64,000 nucleotides of DNA from Octopus vulgaris (lineage: Eukaryota). Below, piece after piece: positions 11,958 through 25,403 of this stretch. The notes under the pieces are model-generated. The model worked only from the letters and a program-made list of their open reading frames with translations. It had not been told where the DNA came from and did not search any database. Every line of letters begins with the position of its first letter. Position 1 is the first letter of the stretch. Both the position numbers and the translations under genes were made by a program. The stretch is from positions 95,480,001 through 95,544,000 of the forward strand of contig OX597824.1 of assembly GCA_951406725.2 (NCBI GenBank), in the 5' to 3' direction.

Positions 11958-12619
11958 GGTGAAATTTGCCTGAGGAGTAAAAAAAAAAAACATTTGAGAA
12001 GTTTGGAATGTTCTCAAATGGACATCAACCAACAAATTAGGAGATTCAACATTATATAATGGAAGAAGAAGAAGATGGTGAAATGACAGGAATGTTAATA
12101 TGTTGGGCAAAATGCTCAGCAGCATTTTGTCCATCTTTACGTTCTGAGTTCAAATTCTGCCAGGGCCAACTTTTGCCTTTTGTCCTTCTGGGGCTGATAA
12201 AACAAGGCCTAGTTGGACACTGTAATCAACTTACCCGACCCTGAAGTTGCTGGCCTTGTACCAAAATTTGAGGCCATTATACAATGTAAGAAGGATGTTG
12301 TAGCTTGCTTGAAGCATTGTGGTAAAGATGTAAAATAAAACAATCCTTTCTATTATAGGCACAAGGCCTGCAATTTGCGGGAGGGGGATAGTCGATTAGA
12401 TCGACCCCAGTACTCAACTGGTATATATTTAAATACCATTGGATCATTCCGGTTACCGATTGGTCTGCTCAGTCAGTGTTGACTTAGGGGGAACCAGCAA
12501 CACCTGAATCTATAGGTGCTACCAAAATCTACTCCAAAGACCTTCTCTGTGAAAGACAGTGTAAATAATGGAATTAAAAGAATTATTCATTTGAGTGGAA
12601 TGAAAAGAATTGTTTCTAA

Positions 12620-13505
12620 GTGCAGGCATGGCTGTGTGGTAAGAAGTTTGCTTCCCAACCACAGGGTCCTGGGTTCAGTCCCACTGCATGGCACCTTGGG
12701 CGAGTGTCTTCTACTATAGCCTCAGGCCGACACAGAGAGTGAATGAATTTGGGACAAGGACAGACAAACTTGTGTGTGTGTGTGTGTGTGTGAGTATATC
12801 GACCCCACCACTTGACAACTGTGTACTGGTGTGTTTACATCGACCATAACTTAGTGGTTCAGTAAAAGAGACTGACTGAATAAGTACCAGGCTTGAAAAG
12901 AAAAATGTACTGGTGCCCAGTAAGGCTGCCGTTTGATGACTGAAACAAGTAAGAGATAAAAGAAAGATAGCAATTAATTGACGATCAACTGTCTCTGGAT
13001 AATGGAAGCTAACGTGTCTGCCAGATATTAAATGTATAAACAATACAACACCTTGAACCAGTTACTTTTTATGAGACTTTTGAGAGAAAGAAGTAGAAAA
13101 ACAAACCAATTGCCTCAATTTATTCCAAAGATTGCCACTATATATATACATACATACATACATACATATATACATACATACACACACACACATATATATA
13201 TATATATAGGTGCAGGAGTGGCTGTGTGGTAAGTAGCTCGCTTACCAATCTTATGGTTCCAGGTTCAGTCCCACTGCGTGTCACCTTGGGCAAGTGTCTT
13301 CTCCTATAGTGTGTGTGTCTGTACCCCCAACATCGCTTGACCACCGATGCTGGTGTGTTTACGTCCCTATAACTATAACTTAGCGGTTCGGCAAAAGATA
13401 CTGATAGAATAAGTACTAGGCTTATAAAGAATAAATCCTGGGGTCGATTCACTCGACTAAAAGACCATGCTCCAGCATGGCCGCAATCAAATAACTAAAA
13501 AAGAA
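12620..13505 (+). mobile_element. Two internally deleted SINE family A copies (12620-12965, 13209-13505)
   Basis: A/B box heads and A-family tails. Confidence 0.75.
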
Positions 13506-13507
13506 TA

Positions 13508-13557
<50 letters not shown>

Positions 13558-14149
13558 GTTTAAATTCCGAAGTCGACTTTGCCTTTCATCCTTTTGGGGT
13601 CGAAAAATTACTGGGTTCGATGTAATCGACTAGCCCATGCCCCCGAAAAATACTTGCCCTGTGCCAAAATTTGAAACCAGTACACACACAGTGCGCACTA
13701 GTTCTCTGTAACATAATGCAATGAAGTATTCCCTGGGGACCCGTTGGGGTTAAGCATCCCAAACAGTGGTGAAACGTACGTGGAAACAAATAATATAAAC
13801 CTGTGTTTATCGTAATCCCCCCCCTCCATCTTCTCTCTCTCTCTCTCACACACTCCCGTGTGAAATCTTTGGTCATCGTCGACGACGACGACATATATAT
13901 ACGATGGGTTTCCTCACTTTTTCAGTCTTATCAAATTTACTCAGTATAACCTGGAGCTATGATAGAAAACACCTCCCCAAGGTGCTGCGCCGTGAGTCCG
14001 AACCTGAAACCACATGGTTGTAAAGCGAACCTTCTTAAACCACAAATGTTTTGAGTAAATAAATATCAACAAACGAAACAAAAAAAACAATGGTTGGAAG
14101 AACAATTCTCTTGTCCCCTACAATTACATCACAGCACCCCAGGGCCCAA

Positions 14150-14420
14150 TGTAAACACTTAGACACGTGTGCGTAGTTTAAACATCATGTGATTTTACTA
14201 CTGGGCCGGGTTGGCATCGTTGTGGCTCTAAGTCGTTCCTGATTCGTACAAACATTGGATCTCTGTGCGAGAGAAGTTTCATTTCATTTATAGTACATGA
14301 CTAATAAAATATCGTAAAGTTAACACATGGCATCATTTGTAAATAAACATTGTTTTGGCGCCAAAAATAGCCAAGAGACGAATAGATGGGTTGAATATCA
14401 GCTGACAGACAACTGTCAGG
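14150..14420 (-). promoter_or_regulatory. Candidate LRRC74 promoter / non-coding first exon region
   Basis: Unique, CpG-containing stretch upstream of the first coding exon, which has an acceptor and so needs an upstream exon. Contains a perfect E2F-type palindrome TTTTGGCGCCAAAA (14353-14366), forkhead-type GTAAACA (14151) and GTAAATAAACA (14339), and an inverted CTGACAG/CTGTCAG pair (14402-14419). Confidence 0.35.
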
Positions 14421-16694
14421 GGTTTTTTTTTTGTTTAATATAGGCTGTCACTTTCTATTGATAGACATTGTATCGATCAAAGGTCACTTATACAAACAGA
14501 AAGTACCACAACCACCATCAACAATAACACAATCCCCATCAGCAGCAGCAACACCAGCACCAATCACTACAAACATCAACATGACCGTCACCACCGCCAC
14601 TAACATTCGACAACAGAAAGAGCCTCTACGTGATCGTTCGAATGACTAGAAAGAGCAGCCAAATCTCTTCCTAAAATGACACTACTGTCTTGGGAAAATT
14701 TATTTATCTACTCTAGGCACAAGGCCCGAAATTTTTTGGGGAGGAGTTCAGTCGATTAGATCGAACCCAGTGCGCAACTGGTACTTAATTTATCGACCCC
14801 GAAAGGACGAAATACAAATTCGACCTCAGCGGAATTTGAACTCAGAACGTAAAGACAGACGAAATACCGCTAAGCATTTCGCCTGGTGTGCTAACATTTC
14901 TGCCAGCTCGCTGCCCTTGTCTTGGGTAAAATATTACAGATTGGATGATATGGTCCTAGAAGGACTAGTCCTGGAAAATACAACGGGATGCTCATGCCTG
15001 GCATGTCATGCTTGATATGTTTTCTATGACAAGTAGGGCGGAATGGTGTCCAACCCGACCAATGACCTGGGACACAGAGCTCAAAAAGGTGAACAGGTGA
15101 AAATAAGGAAAAAGGGAACGGACCCTAAAAAACAGAAAAACCCGCACCACTGAGTTTTGAGAGGACATCCTCCTTTCGGGGCCTGAAAGCAACCTTATCT
15201 TGCATTATGAAATTTCTCTTGTTGACCCCCGCACATAGATTCTGCCAAAGATGGCTGGGGACTAAACAACAACAGCAACAACAACGTGTTTTATTTGTCA
15301 CAAGAGAACCAAAATAACGACATTAAGAATATGGAAATTAAACTATCAGAGGCAGGAACAAAATTCGCTAAGGGGACGGTAACCATTTGTCTGGGGAGGA
15401 TGCTCAAAGCGTTTTCATTGCACCCCAATAGTTTCAGGGGGCGCAAGCGCACCCCTACAGCCCCTGTTTTCGAGTCTATGATCAGGAGGGGGAGAGACCC
15501 CTATAGCCATTCAGTGTTTAAAAACTAGTTTTATAGAAACTTCTTTCAAAATTCCTATTTTGCTCATCACACATTCCTTTGTGTGGGCTGAACTTACGTA
15601 AAACGTTAGAGAAAAAAACCCAACGGTTCCTTGCAATAAAGTCATGTAAATCAAAATTTATCCACGGATGCTTAAAATACTAGTGTGGATCTCTGATTTT
15701 CTATGCTTGCGTGGATCTCTCTCCAAATCTTACATGGACCTCCGTAAAGAACCACTGAATAAAACCATTCAAAGCAGTGCTCCAACATGGGCGCAGTTCA
15801 AAGACTGAATGAAGTAAATGATTAATGTATCCTAGGACTCCTCCATTTTTTGTAAAGACAGCAAGATGTGGTATGCAGTGCCATCTTTGGGCATTGGCAC
15901 ACCGGGCATTTGCTCAGGTCCACCCTTGGGTCTAGGGGTCTGATTCTGATCTGTGGGTGCTGTGGTTTGTTGTCAATAAATAAATACGATAGGGCCCAGG
16001 GTGTTGATTTGCTAAAGGAGCTTACAATGTTGCAAAGACGGCACTGGTGAATGTGAGGGAGACTTGAGTGCTATTTCTAAACAAACAGAGGCTTTCGCCT
16101 TGGTTGGAAGCTTCTGTTGTCCCTGTTGTTGTTGTTGTTGTTGTAACATTCAGAATAACAAAAACATCAACAGAAAATAGATAACAAATGTAGAAAAACA
16201 AGGCAACGATAAAACGGTGACCAGTAATAAAGTCACTATTTTGACTCGGGGGAAAAAAAGTCACAAGAAAAAAGTCAATTTATGGGATCCGGACAAAACC
16301 CCTGTAACTTTTTTTTCTGTGACTTTATTACCTGGGTTCGACAAAACTTTTACATGAACTTTTTATTTACTAGAAATAGCATCCAAATCTCCCTTAAATC
16401 ATATGCACGCAGTCGTCTTGAGTAAAAAGAAGGAGAATTATGTATATAACAACAACAACAACAACAATAATAATAATAATCTTTTCTACTATAGGCACAA
16501 GGCTTGATATTTGAGGTGGGGGGGACTAGTCGATTACATCAACTCCAATGCCCAATTAGTACTTATTTCATCGATCTCGAAAGGATGAACGGCAGAGTCA
16601 ACCTCGGCGGAATTTGAACTCAAAACGTGAAGATGGATGAAATATCGCTAAGCGATTCTTCCAGCTCACCACCCACCTTAATAATAATAATAAT

Positions 16695-16862
16695 AGATTC
16701 ACTAGTAAAACACTAAGTACAAAACCAAATATATGGCACACTAGGCATAACGCCAACATGAACTTCCAACTTGTTGTCTCTTGAGGTCTCTGGGTGAGAC
16801 TTGGAGCCAACTTGTACAAATGTAAAGCAAAAGTCAAACATATAATAATAATAATAATAATA
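16695..16862 (+). mobile_element. Probable R4/Dong-type LINE 3'UTR in (AAT)n
   Basis: TCTCTTGAGGTCTCTGGGTGAGACTTGGAG stem-loop followed by (AAT)n. Similar to the 3'UTR at 62760 and the minus-strand piece at ~19290-19410. Confidence 0.5.
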
Positions 16863-17607
16863 ATTTCTTTGTTAACCACAAAGGGTTTATATAAAAAAAA
16901 CACGCATGTGGGGTTACATGAAAGTCTTGTAAGCAATAAAAATAAAACAAAAACAACCGAATATTACAACAAAATTCCCCAAAAGAAGAGACCTTCTAGG
17001 ACTTTCCTTTCCACCCTCACTTTTCTTTTCAAGTGAAACCTGTAAAAGATGATGATGGCTTGGCCAAAGAGGAAAGTGTCTGTCTTCAGCCCTTCCAGTC
17101 TGGTCCAATACACAGCCTCTATCGCTAAGGCAAAGAAAAACAGCTTGCCCTTTCCGGCCAAAGGAAAGTGACGGGCCTATCTTCACAATGGACTCAGCCG
17201 ATAGCCAGATCAGATCCACACGTTGGGGAAGGTGTCCCACATAAACCCACAAGTCAGAAATACTCGGACACTGGACGAGAGCGTGTAGAACGATTTCATC
17301 ACTCTGCGAGCATCTCGGGAAAGCCCAGCTGACCGCACTTTCGTGCCTGTAGAGTTTATCCCGAACAGGCAGTGCCCCGCGGTAGTACTGCCAGGCCAAA
17401 GATTTCTCGAAGTTATCCATAGGTCCCGGCCCGAAAGTTCTCCGGAACAAACCAACCAATTCATTCTTGTCCATATCCAGAGTCTCCCCGAGAACCTCAT
17501 CCTACTTGCTCGCCACTAACTCTCCATAGTGGAACTGCCACCGACCGCATTGCCCGACTGGCAGAGAAGTGTAAGCGTCTGACGACACTCCAGGTGCCAG
17601 GCGCCCT
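16862..17607 (-). mobile_element. L1/Tx1-clade LINE ORF2 C-terminal (zf-RVT) fragment plus 3' end
   Basis: SLAWQYYRGALPVRDKLYRH...FPRCSQSDEIVLHALVQCPSISDLW; ends AACCCTTTGTGGTTAACAAAGAAATT(ATT)n. Confidence 0.8.
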
Positions 17608-18230
17608 TAATAATATTCATTTCAAATTTGGGCACAAGGACAGCAATTTTAGGGTGGCGGGACCCTAGTACTTGATTGGCACTTTATTTTATCAAAAGCC
17701 GAATAGATGAACGGTAAAATTGACCTCAGAAGTATTTGAACTCGGAACGTAAACAGTCGGAAGAAATGGCGCTAAGCTTTTAAACCTGCGCACAAACGAT
17801 TCCACCAGCTCGCTTCCTTAATAACAGCAACAACAATATCGAACAACAACAATAATAGTGATGATGAAGACGACGACGAATATATCCTTACATTATCATC
17901 CTCCTAACGAGGCAAATTTGTAAACTTTTCCATTGAATGTAAACATAAAACTACAAATTAAAATACAAACATTTGTTACAAGTCCTCTTGTACCGTAGAG
18001 AAATGGATCTTTGTGTTGCCCTGTCCCACTTTTGGCACACGACATCGGTCCATTCCAATTCGCTCTCCATTTAACGGCAATTCGATACAAGTCAACGTGG
18101 TCGCTCGACCAGCTAGAAATAACAATCAGGTTTACTTCAAACAAAGCCCTTTCATCTTAAAAAGGGAAGGCGAATATTAGTGTACGACTGGATGTACAAA
18201 AGAAGAAAAAATCTCTAAAAGACGGCATTA

Positions 18231-18662
18231 TTCTTTTCTGCTCTAGGCACAAAGCTTAAAATTTTGAAGAAAGGGGCCAGTCGATTAGATCGACCCCAGA
18301 ACGCAACTGGTACTTAATTTATCAACCCTGAAAGGATGAAAAGCAAAGTCGATCTCGATGGAATTTCAACTCAGAACGTAAAGACAGACGAAATACTTTT
18401 CTACTCTAGGCACAAAGCCCGAAATTTTTGGGAGGGGATTAAGTCGGTTAGATCGACTCCAGTACGCAACTGGTACTTAATTTATCGACCTCGAAAGGAT
18501 GAAAGGCAAAGTCAACCTCGGCGGAATTAGAACTCAGAACATAAAGACAAACGAAATACCTATTTCTTTACTACACACAAGGGGCTAAACATAGAGGGGA
18601 CAAACAAGGACAGACATACGGATAAAGTCGATTTTATCGACCCCAGTGCTGGTACTTATTTA
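18231..18662 (-). mobile_element. SINE family B trimer (5'-truncated tail-1 unit + two headless tail-2 units)
   Basis: Junctions at 18560/18561 and 18396/18397, both restarting at (G)GTATTTCGT. Confidence 0.85.
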
Positions 18663-19599
18663 ATCATTCATCAGATCCTCACCACGACACCACGAACTCT
18701 TCAAAATTATATTTCCGATCAAATAAACCACTTCGAATATTATTTAAGCAAGTTTAAAGTGATTTCTTTTGTGCCGTAAACCTTTTACCATTTCTGCGTT
18801 GTCTCTCTTCCCTTGAAGCTCTAAAAGTGTATGTTTATTTTGCTTTATGGATAATCCAACGCTGCTTACCATATACAATGGCGTATAAGACGCATTTTTT
18901 ACTCCCAAAAGTGTCTTAAAAAATTACCCTGGGTCCTACATGCTAAGTTGAGCTTCCCATCAGCTAATTTTGTCCCTGTTGTTCACTATTATCGGTTAAA
19001 TTTAACTTAGTCTCTTCTACTTAGCTTGACTGTATTATATTTACTAACACATTATTATTATTATTATTATTATTGTTGTTGTTACGGAGATGTATTTGAG
19101 ATAGTGTGCTGAAACTAAAGTGACTGCGTGGAAAATACAAAGATACACAAAAATCTTTTGTCAGCGAGGCAGGTCGCAGTTTCGGGCGACGAAAAATTTG
19201 ACACCATATTACAAATAAATATTTCAGTGAAGTTGACAGCCTTCGTGCATTTTTGAATGGCTAACATGTCTTCCGCACTACAATCGTCCGATATTATTAT
19301 TATTATTATTATTATTTTCATTATCATCTTTCAATTCTGTTTCTATTTCTTGCCGAGTGTCTTCCTGACACCAGGGCAGAGAAACGCACTCTATACATTG
19401 GCAGTCCATTAAAATAAATGGACCAGATTGTTCATTTACAAAGTCGTGTGATAGAGAAAAAAGGAAGAAAAACAGTAATGGAACTGCGACAATATTGGGG
19501 CACCATTTTGGCAGGTTTAGTCGATAAAAGACAAATATTTAGAGGTAGCTTACATCTATATACAAGCTCCTTATAAAAGTATAAAGCCGTTAAATTTAA

Positions 19600-19645
<46 letters not shown>

Positions 19646-21120
19646 TTTGTTAAGCAGCGTCGATTTTTACAATTCTATAAATAATAACAATAGTATTTTA
19701 TAAGCTTAAAGCTATCACCGCACAATAACTAAAGAAAATAGAACGTAACAGGCGGCAAAAAAACATTTGGGCAGTTATACGATACAAAGAAGGGCTATTT
19801 TGCATGCTTTCAACGAATGTGACATCGAAATCACGTGTAAACGGCTCCTTTTCCCAGAAAAGCGAAGATTTGGTTGCTATTTCTAGCATGCCCTGCTACC
19901 ACGTAACAGATATTTGCGTTCACACCGAAATATTTACCAACTTTTTCCCTTCCATTTATTTTTTCCACTTTATGAAAGTCAATATTTTCTCTGTTGGCAT
20001 CCGCCTCAGTTAATTTTGTTTTTCTCCCAGTTCTGTGCTTTCTAGAAGAAAAGCCCTCACATTATCTCAAAGCTATCAGAATTCACTAGCGTGATTTGTT
20101 AATTTTTTTAAAAAAAATTTCGTAGAGGAATAATATACAACGGGTTTTGGCCGGCTTAGTCATTAAAGGGTTAAAAAATGCCAAAACTATAAAATCAGCT
20201 CTTTTTGCCTTTTTGAGGGCTTTAGAACCCCAAAACATTTTATTTATTTATTTAGTTTTTTGCTTAGAGTTAAAAAATGATGATTTTATAGTTTTAAATT
20301 TCATAATTTTGGCCCCTTTTTAGATTTTTAAAGGCTTTTAGAGCCAGAAAAAAAAACAAAAAAAAACAACCTCCGGCACCTCGCATTCTGAATTCAAATA
20401 GTGTCGAGGTCAATCTTGTCAATTATCTTTCCGGGGTCGATAAATTAAGTACCATTCCAGAGCGGTGAACAAGCTTAAAGTCCTTTAAGCATCGAGCGGA
20501 AATTCTTGCGGTATTTGTAACGACTCTTTTGTTCTGCGTTCAAATCCCGCTGTGTCCTACTTTAGTAGAAGGCTTAATCCATCGCCTGGTCCTCGCGTTC
20601 CTTAAACGGTGCCATTCTATGACAAGCATTGAAGCCAGGTTTCCGGTTTGTGGATACCTTTCTCCCTTCCTTCTATTAACTTTAGAACCCCAGTAAAAGG
20701 GTCAGAGTTACTGTCATTTCCTCTTGACCAAGTTGAAAAAGGCACCAGTCCTTCAACGAGTAAAAAAGCGTTGTTTGGAATGATTATCTCCTAAAAAAAT
20801 TTTTAAAAAAAGAACAAAAACGGTCCATTGTAAATTCTAATTGAGACTTGTACTACTTTGAAGAAAACGGTAGGGCGGATTAGTCTTTCGAGAAGACTAA
20901 TCTTGGAAATGTTATTTATGATAAAGCATTTACATTTGGAGAGGATCATATTGTGAGAGCCTTGCTGAAGAGATCGTGGTTGCAGGTGAAACCCCAAAAT
21001 ACCAAAGAAGGGACTGAAACACAATGAACATTGATGCTGAATAATAGAGAAAGAGCTTCTAGGTATCTTTGTCCATCGCCCAACCCGTTTCGAAACGCAA
21101 CCCCATATAACAACAACAAT

Positions 21121-21508
21121 CCTTTCTACTAAAGGCACAAGGCCTGAAATTTTGGGGAAGAGGATAAATCGATTGCATCGACCCCAGTGTTCCACTGGTA
21201 CTTATTTTATCGTTCCCAGAAAGGCAAGTCGACCTCGGCGGAATTTGAACTCAGAACGTAAAGACGGATGAAATACCTATTTCTTAACTACCCACAAGGG
21301 GCTAAACACAGAGGGGACAAACAAGGACAGACAAACGGATTAAGTCGATTATATCGACCCCAGTAGCGTAACTGGTACATATTTAAGACCCGGAAAGGAT
21401 GAAAGGCAAAGTGGATCTCGGCGGAATTTGAACTCAGAACGTAGCGGCAGACGAAATACTGCTAAGCATTTCGCCCGGCGTGCTAACGTTTCTGCCATCT
21501 TGCCGCCT
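21121..21508 (-). mobile_element. SINE family B dimer
   Basis: Head-core-tail 1 joined at 21277/21278 to a headless unit of a different subfamily. Confidence 0.85.
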
Positions 21509-21708
21509 TTAAAATATAATATCGATGATAATTTTTTTATTTGGTTCAAGGGTAACACAAATACAAAGTGATTGATTGCATAAACGAAGACAAATGTTTA
21601 GGGATGTCTATGGATATCAAAGTACAAAAGACAATGTGCAACGAAGTTGCACAATCACCTGTCAATACATATACACAAGCAAGTATATCATCTATCTATG
21701 TATCTATC

Positions 21709-21765
<57 letters not shown>

Positions 21766-21855
21766 CAGATATACACTCAATATAGCAACACACACATACA
21801 CAGAATGTAGGCCGGGTCACATGTTTGATATTCTGTTTCTTTTGTATTTCTGTAG

Positions 21856-22104
21856 CAGTGGTTTTCAATCAGGGTTCATAAGACTTTTGGTGGGGTCGAC
21901 TTAAGGTTTTGTTGTTAAAATTGATGTGCAATAAATCGGTTATATTTCCACAAAATTTTAACAATTCTAAAAAATATAATTCCTGATAGTTAATTATAAA
22001 TATATGAGGTTTTTTTAAAACATCGAATGGATATGAAGATCCATCAGAATAAAACAAGAATCAAAGAGATCCATAAGTAAAAAAAAAATGACTGAAGACC
22101 ACTG
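21856..22104. mobile_element. hAT-type MITE (older)
   Basis: CAGTGGTTTTCA...TGAAGACCACTG termini, imperfect 8-bp TSD TTCTGTAG/TTCTTTAA. Other hAT-like pieces at ~15490-15757 and 38138-38301. Confidence 0.6.
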
Positions 22105-22140
22105 TTCTTTAAGACTGAACCAATTGTTGATTCAAAAAGA

Positions 22141-22175
<35 letters not shown>

Positions 22176-23369
22176 TTTCAGAGAACTTTTTAATGCGATG
22201 TACAGGCTGTGTGTGAAAGGTATTCGAACCTTGTATCATTGGGAAACTTGAACGAATATAATCGCAATTACTTGTTGCGCAGTGGCAACAGATAAAAAGA
22301 AACCCCCAAAAACCTGAGTTCTATTAATATCGGTTTCAAATTTCAGTACAAGGCCAGCAATTTTGGGGGTGGGGTGGGGTTCAGTCGATTACATCAATCC
22401 CAGTGATCACCTGGTTCTTATTTTATCGATGGATGAAAAGCAAAAATCCTCCTCATCAGAATTCGAACTCGGAACGTAAAGATGGAGAATACGCCGCAAA
22501 GCATTTTACCTGGCGTTCAAGCGATTCTGCCAGCTCGCCGCCTTTTCACGTCTATTAATATTAATCTTAAATTCTGGCACAAGGCCAGTGTTCAAACGAA
22601 AATTATTCTATCGATGTCGAACTGGTGAAAGGCAAAGTCTACCTCGACGGAATTTGAACTCAGAACGCCAGAAACTGGAACATCAAAATTAACAACACTC
22701 ATCGAACACATAATTTTACGCGAATATTTCAACAGACAACTGTTACATTTATGAGATAAAGAGTATTTTTGGAATAAGGAGTAATTGTGACCTTTTGAAG
22801 GTTAGAAATTGGGACAGAACTTTCGCTAAAAATACCTGACTAGGGAGCCATAGTACAATCTGTATATTTTTAATAATTCCATCAAAGAATCGGGCAACAT
22901 AAACATGGCAAAACTTCAAACTGAAAAGTTTGACAGAATTGCCATGCAACTGTCAAAGTTAAAGTGGTGACTCGTCCAAGTGGGCATGTCTGGGTGATTA
23001 AGAAGCTCGCTTTGTAAGCGCGTGGTTCCGTGTTCAGTACCACCGCAGAACATCTTGGGTACAAAAAGAAAATAAGTCCTAGGGTCGGTTAGTAGGACTA
23101 AAATTCTTCAAGGTGGTGGCCTGTTATGGCTGCAGTCTAATGACTGAAACAAGTAAAGAGTTAAGAGATTTATATATAAAAGAATCTCGGTTGGATATCG
23201 ACAGTATAAAGTTTTTGGTAAATCAGTGGCGGAAAAAGATATAGCATCAAAATTAATGTTTTACGTTCATTAATATTTGAACGTGAAATTCTTTGAGGGG
23301 ATGAAACGAGTCGAAGGGTAAGTGTTAGTTATTGTCTTCATGAGATTCCTCTGTCGGAGTTTGTTGATT

Positions 23370-23640
23370 GGACAATGTGTACTGTCAGTGAGAAGACGCG
23401 AGTTGACAGGATCCGGCCGTGCCTCACTCTAGTGAAAATGTCGAAGTCAGTTTTTCTTGTCATCGTTCGAATACAGCATCACAAATTCGAGTATCAATGT
23501 TAATCAGATTGTGTTCATTATTCGCAAAGATATTGACAACGCGTTGAGAAATGCCATAGTGCAAACCAATGCTCCATAGGGACTCTCTGTGAATACTATC
23601 AAATGCCAGTTTAATGTCAATGATCTTTGATGCTCAACAC
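23370..23640 (-). mobile_element. Old RTE-type reverse transcriptase fragment
   Basis: IDIKLAFDSIHRESLWSIGLHYGISQRVVNI...FDIFTRVRHGRILSTRVFSL, a degenerate D..KAFDS and GVRQGCILSP. Confidence 0.7.
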
Positions 23641-24017
23641 AGTTTAGTGATGCGGAGAAAACTGCTGACAACAGAAACCAGTGGCATCAGCTTACTGCCC
23701 AATTCGCTCGAAAGCACAAGAAGAACTGACATCGATATTGTAATTACTGTTGTAATTAGTGTTTTAATTGTGCAAAATAAACAGTATATCATTCAGTTCC
23801 AGGTCATAGGTTGTATTTTAAATTAATTATTTCGAAAGGAGAATGAAAGTGAAACAGGATCCAGTTTTCAATGCAAAACGGAATTCGGTCAGTTCTAAAG
23901 CAGAGGGAAATGTCATCCGTTCTATGTATTGTCACGCAAAGCCGAAGTGTTCGATAATAGTTTGATAAACAATTGTTGGGTTTGTAACGATAAAAATCTG
24001 CTGTTATAACGGCAAGT

Positions 24018-24657
24018 TGTAGGATGTGAAAGATGAACAATGCATGAAGTTTTAAGAAAGTATTTATTTACCGTTATGTTATAATATCTTGCCTCGACGG
24101 GCAGGTTTTGATAAATCCAAAAGCATGCGAAGTAAAGCTTGTGTTCTCTTCATTGTTTAGTAGTAATTGCAGAGAGAGATTGATTTTGTAAGAGAACAGA
24201 ATTAGAGCTAGTGAGAGTTGTAGGGTATTGTCTCACTGTTGCTGACAGTAAACTTCATTTCACCCTCTGACCAAGGTTCTAGCTGGTCAGCCAGACTTCA
24301 TTCTCACTGAGTTGTCACCGAATGACTGACTGGTTGAGTCGTCACCAAATGACTGAACTATATTTTTGCTTGGGGTTTATGCTTTTATAACTATCCAGAA
24401 GGATAGACATATCGTTGAGAACAATGGGCTTCGTTGGTGGTACTGTGATAACTCTATTCTAGCATTTGGTGAAGTAGAAGCGGTTATAAGGGCCAAGTGG
24501 TGAAGACATTATTTCGGCCTAGCTAAAGGCATCTGGAAAATGTAAAACTGCTGTCAGAGAAAAACCATTGTTCCACTGTGAGAAGAGTTCTGTTGAACTG
24601 TTAGTTTAAATTGGGCTATGGTGGATCGGATCCATTTCATGCCTGCAAGATCCTACA
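24018..24657 (-). mobile_element. Probable solo LTR
   Basis: Inverted termini TGTAGGAT...ATCCTACA, minus-strand TATAAAA (~24383-24389) and AATAAA (~24063-24068) near the 3' end. No clear TSD. Confidence 0.45.
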
Positions 24658-24819
24658 GGTTTCATTATCAATGTTGACCGGTTTGTGCTAATTTATTCAT
24701 AAAGTTTTCCAAGGAAGAATCGTGTAAATAGCAATAATTTCCTGAGACAATTACCCAGAATGGTTAACATTTGTCCATTATCTGATATTGTTCGGGTGGA
24801 TATTTTAGACAAGGATATT

Positions 24820-25212
24820 CTTTTCTACTCTAGGTACAAGGCCCGAAATTTTGGGGGAGGGGGCCAGTTAATTAGATCGACCCCAGTACGCAAATGGTAC
24901 TTAATTTATCGACTCTGAAAGGATGAAAGGCAAAGTCGACCTCAGCGGAATTTGAACACAACGTAAAGACAGACGAAATACCTATTTCTTTATTGCCCAC
25001 TAGGGGTTAAACACAGAGGAGAGAAACAAGGACAGACAAAGGGATTAAGTCGAATACATCGACCCCAGTGCGTAACTGGTACTTAATTTATCGACCCCGA
25101 AAGGATGAAAGGCAAAGTACACCTCGGCGAAATTTGAACACAGAACGTAGCGGCAGACGAAATACCGCAAAGCATTTCGCCCGGCGCGCTAACGATTTTA
25201 CCAGCTCGCCGC
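24820..25212 (-). mobile_element. SINE family B dimer with 19-bp TSD
   Basis: TSD TATTTTAGACAAG(G/A)ATATT at 24801-24819 and 25215-25233; junction at 24982/24983. Confidence 0.88.
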
Positions 25213-25403
25213 TTTATTTTAGACAAGAATATTATTTCACTAGAGTTTATTTGGAAACAGAAAAAGCGGACACCGCAGTAATGGCAGTGAACTGGTTCTG
25301 GAAGCTTTTATCAAACGATTATCCAACAAACACTTTAGCGTCCATTTGTTATAAATAGAAATGACGATTTTATCAGGGGAAAACTTCATGATCAAGGATT
25401 TGG

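Noticed and set aside
11154-12134. 326-aa minus ORF as a single-exon gene
   Set aside because: Only 11606-11957 is exon. The rest reads through intron, (TA)n and an antisense RTE fragment.
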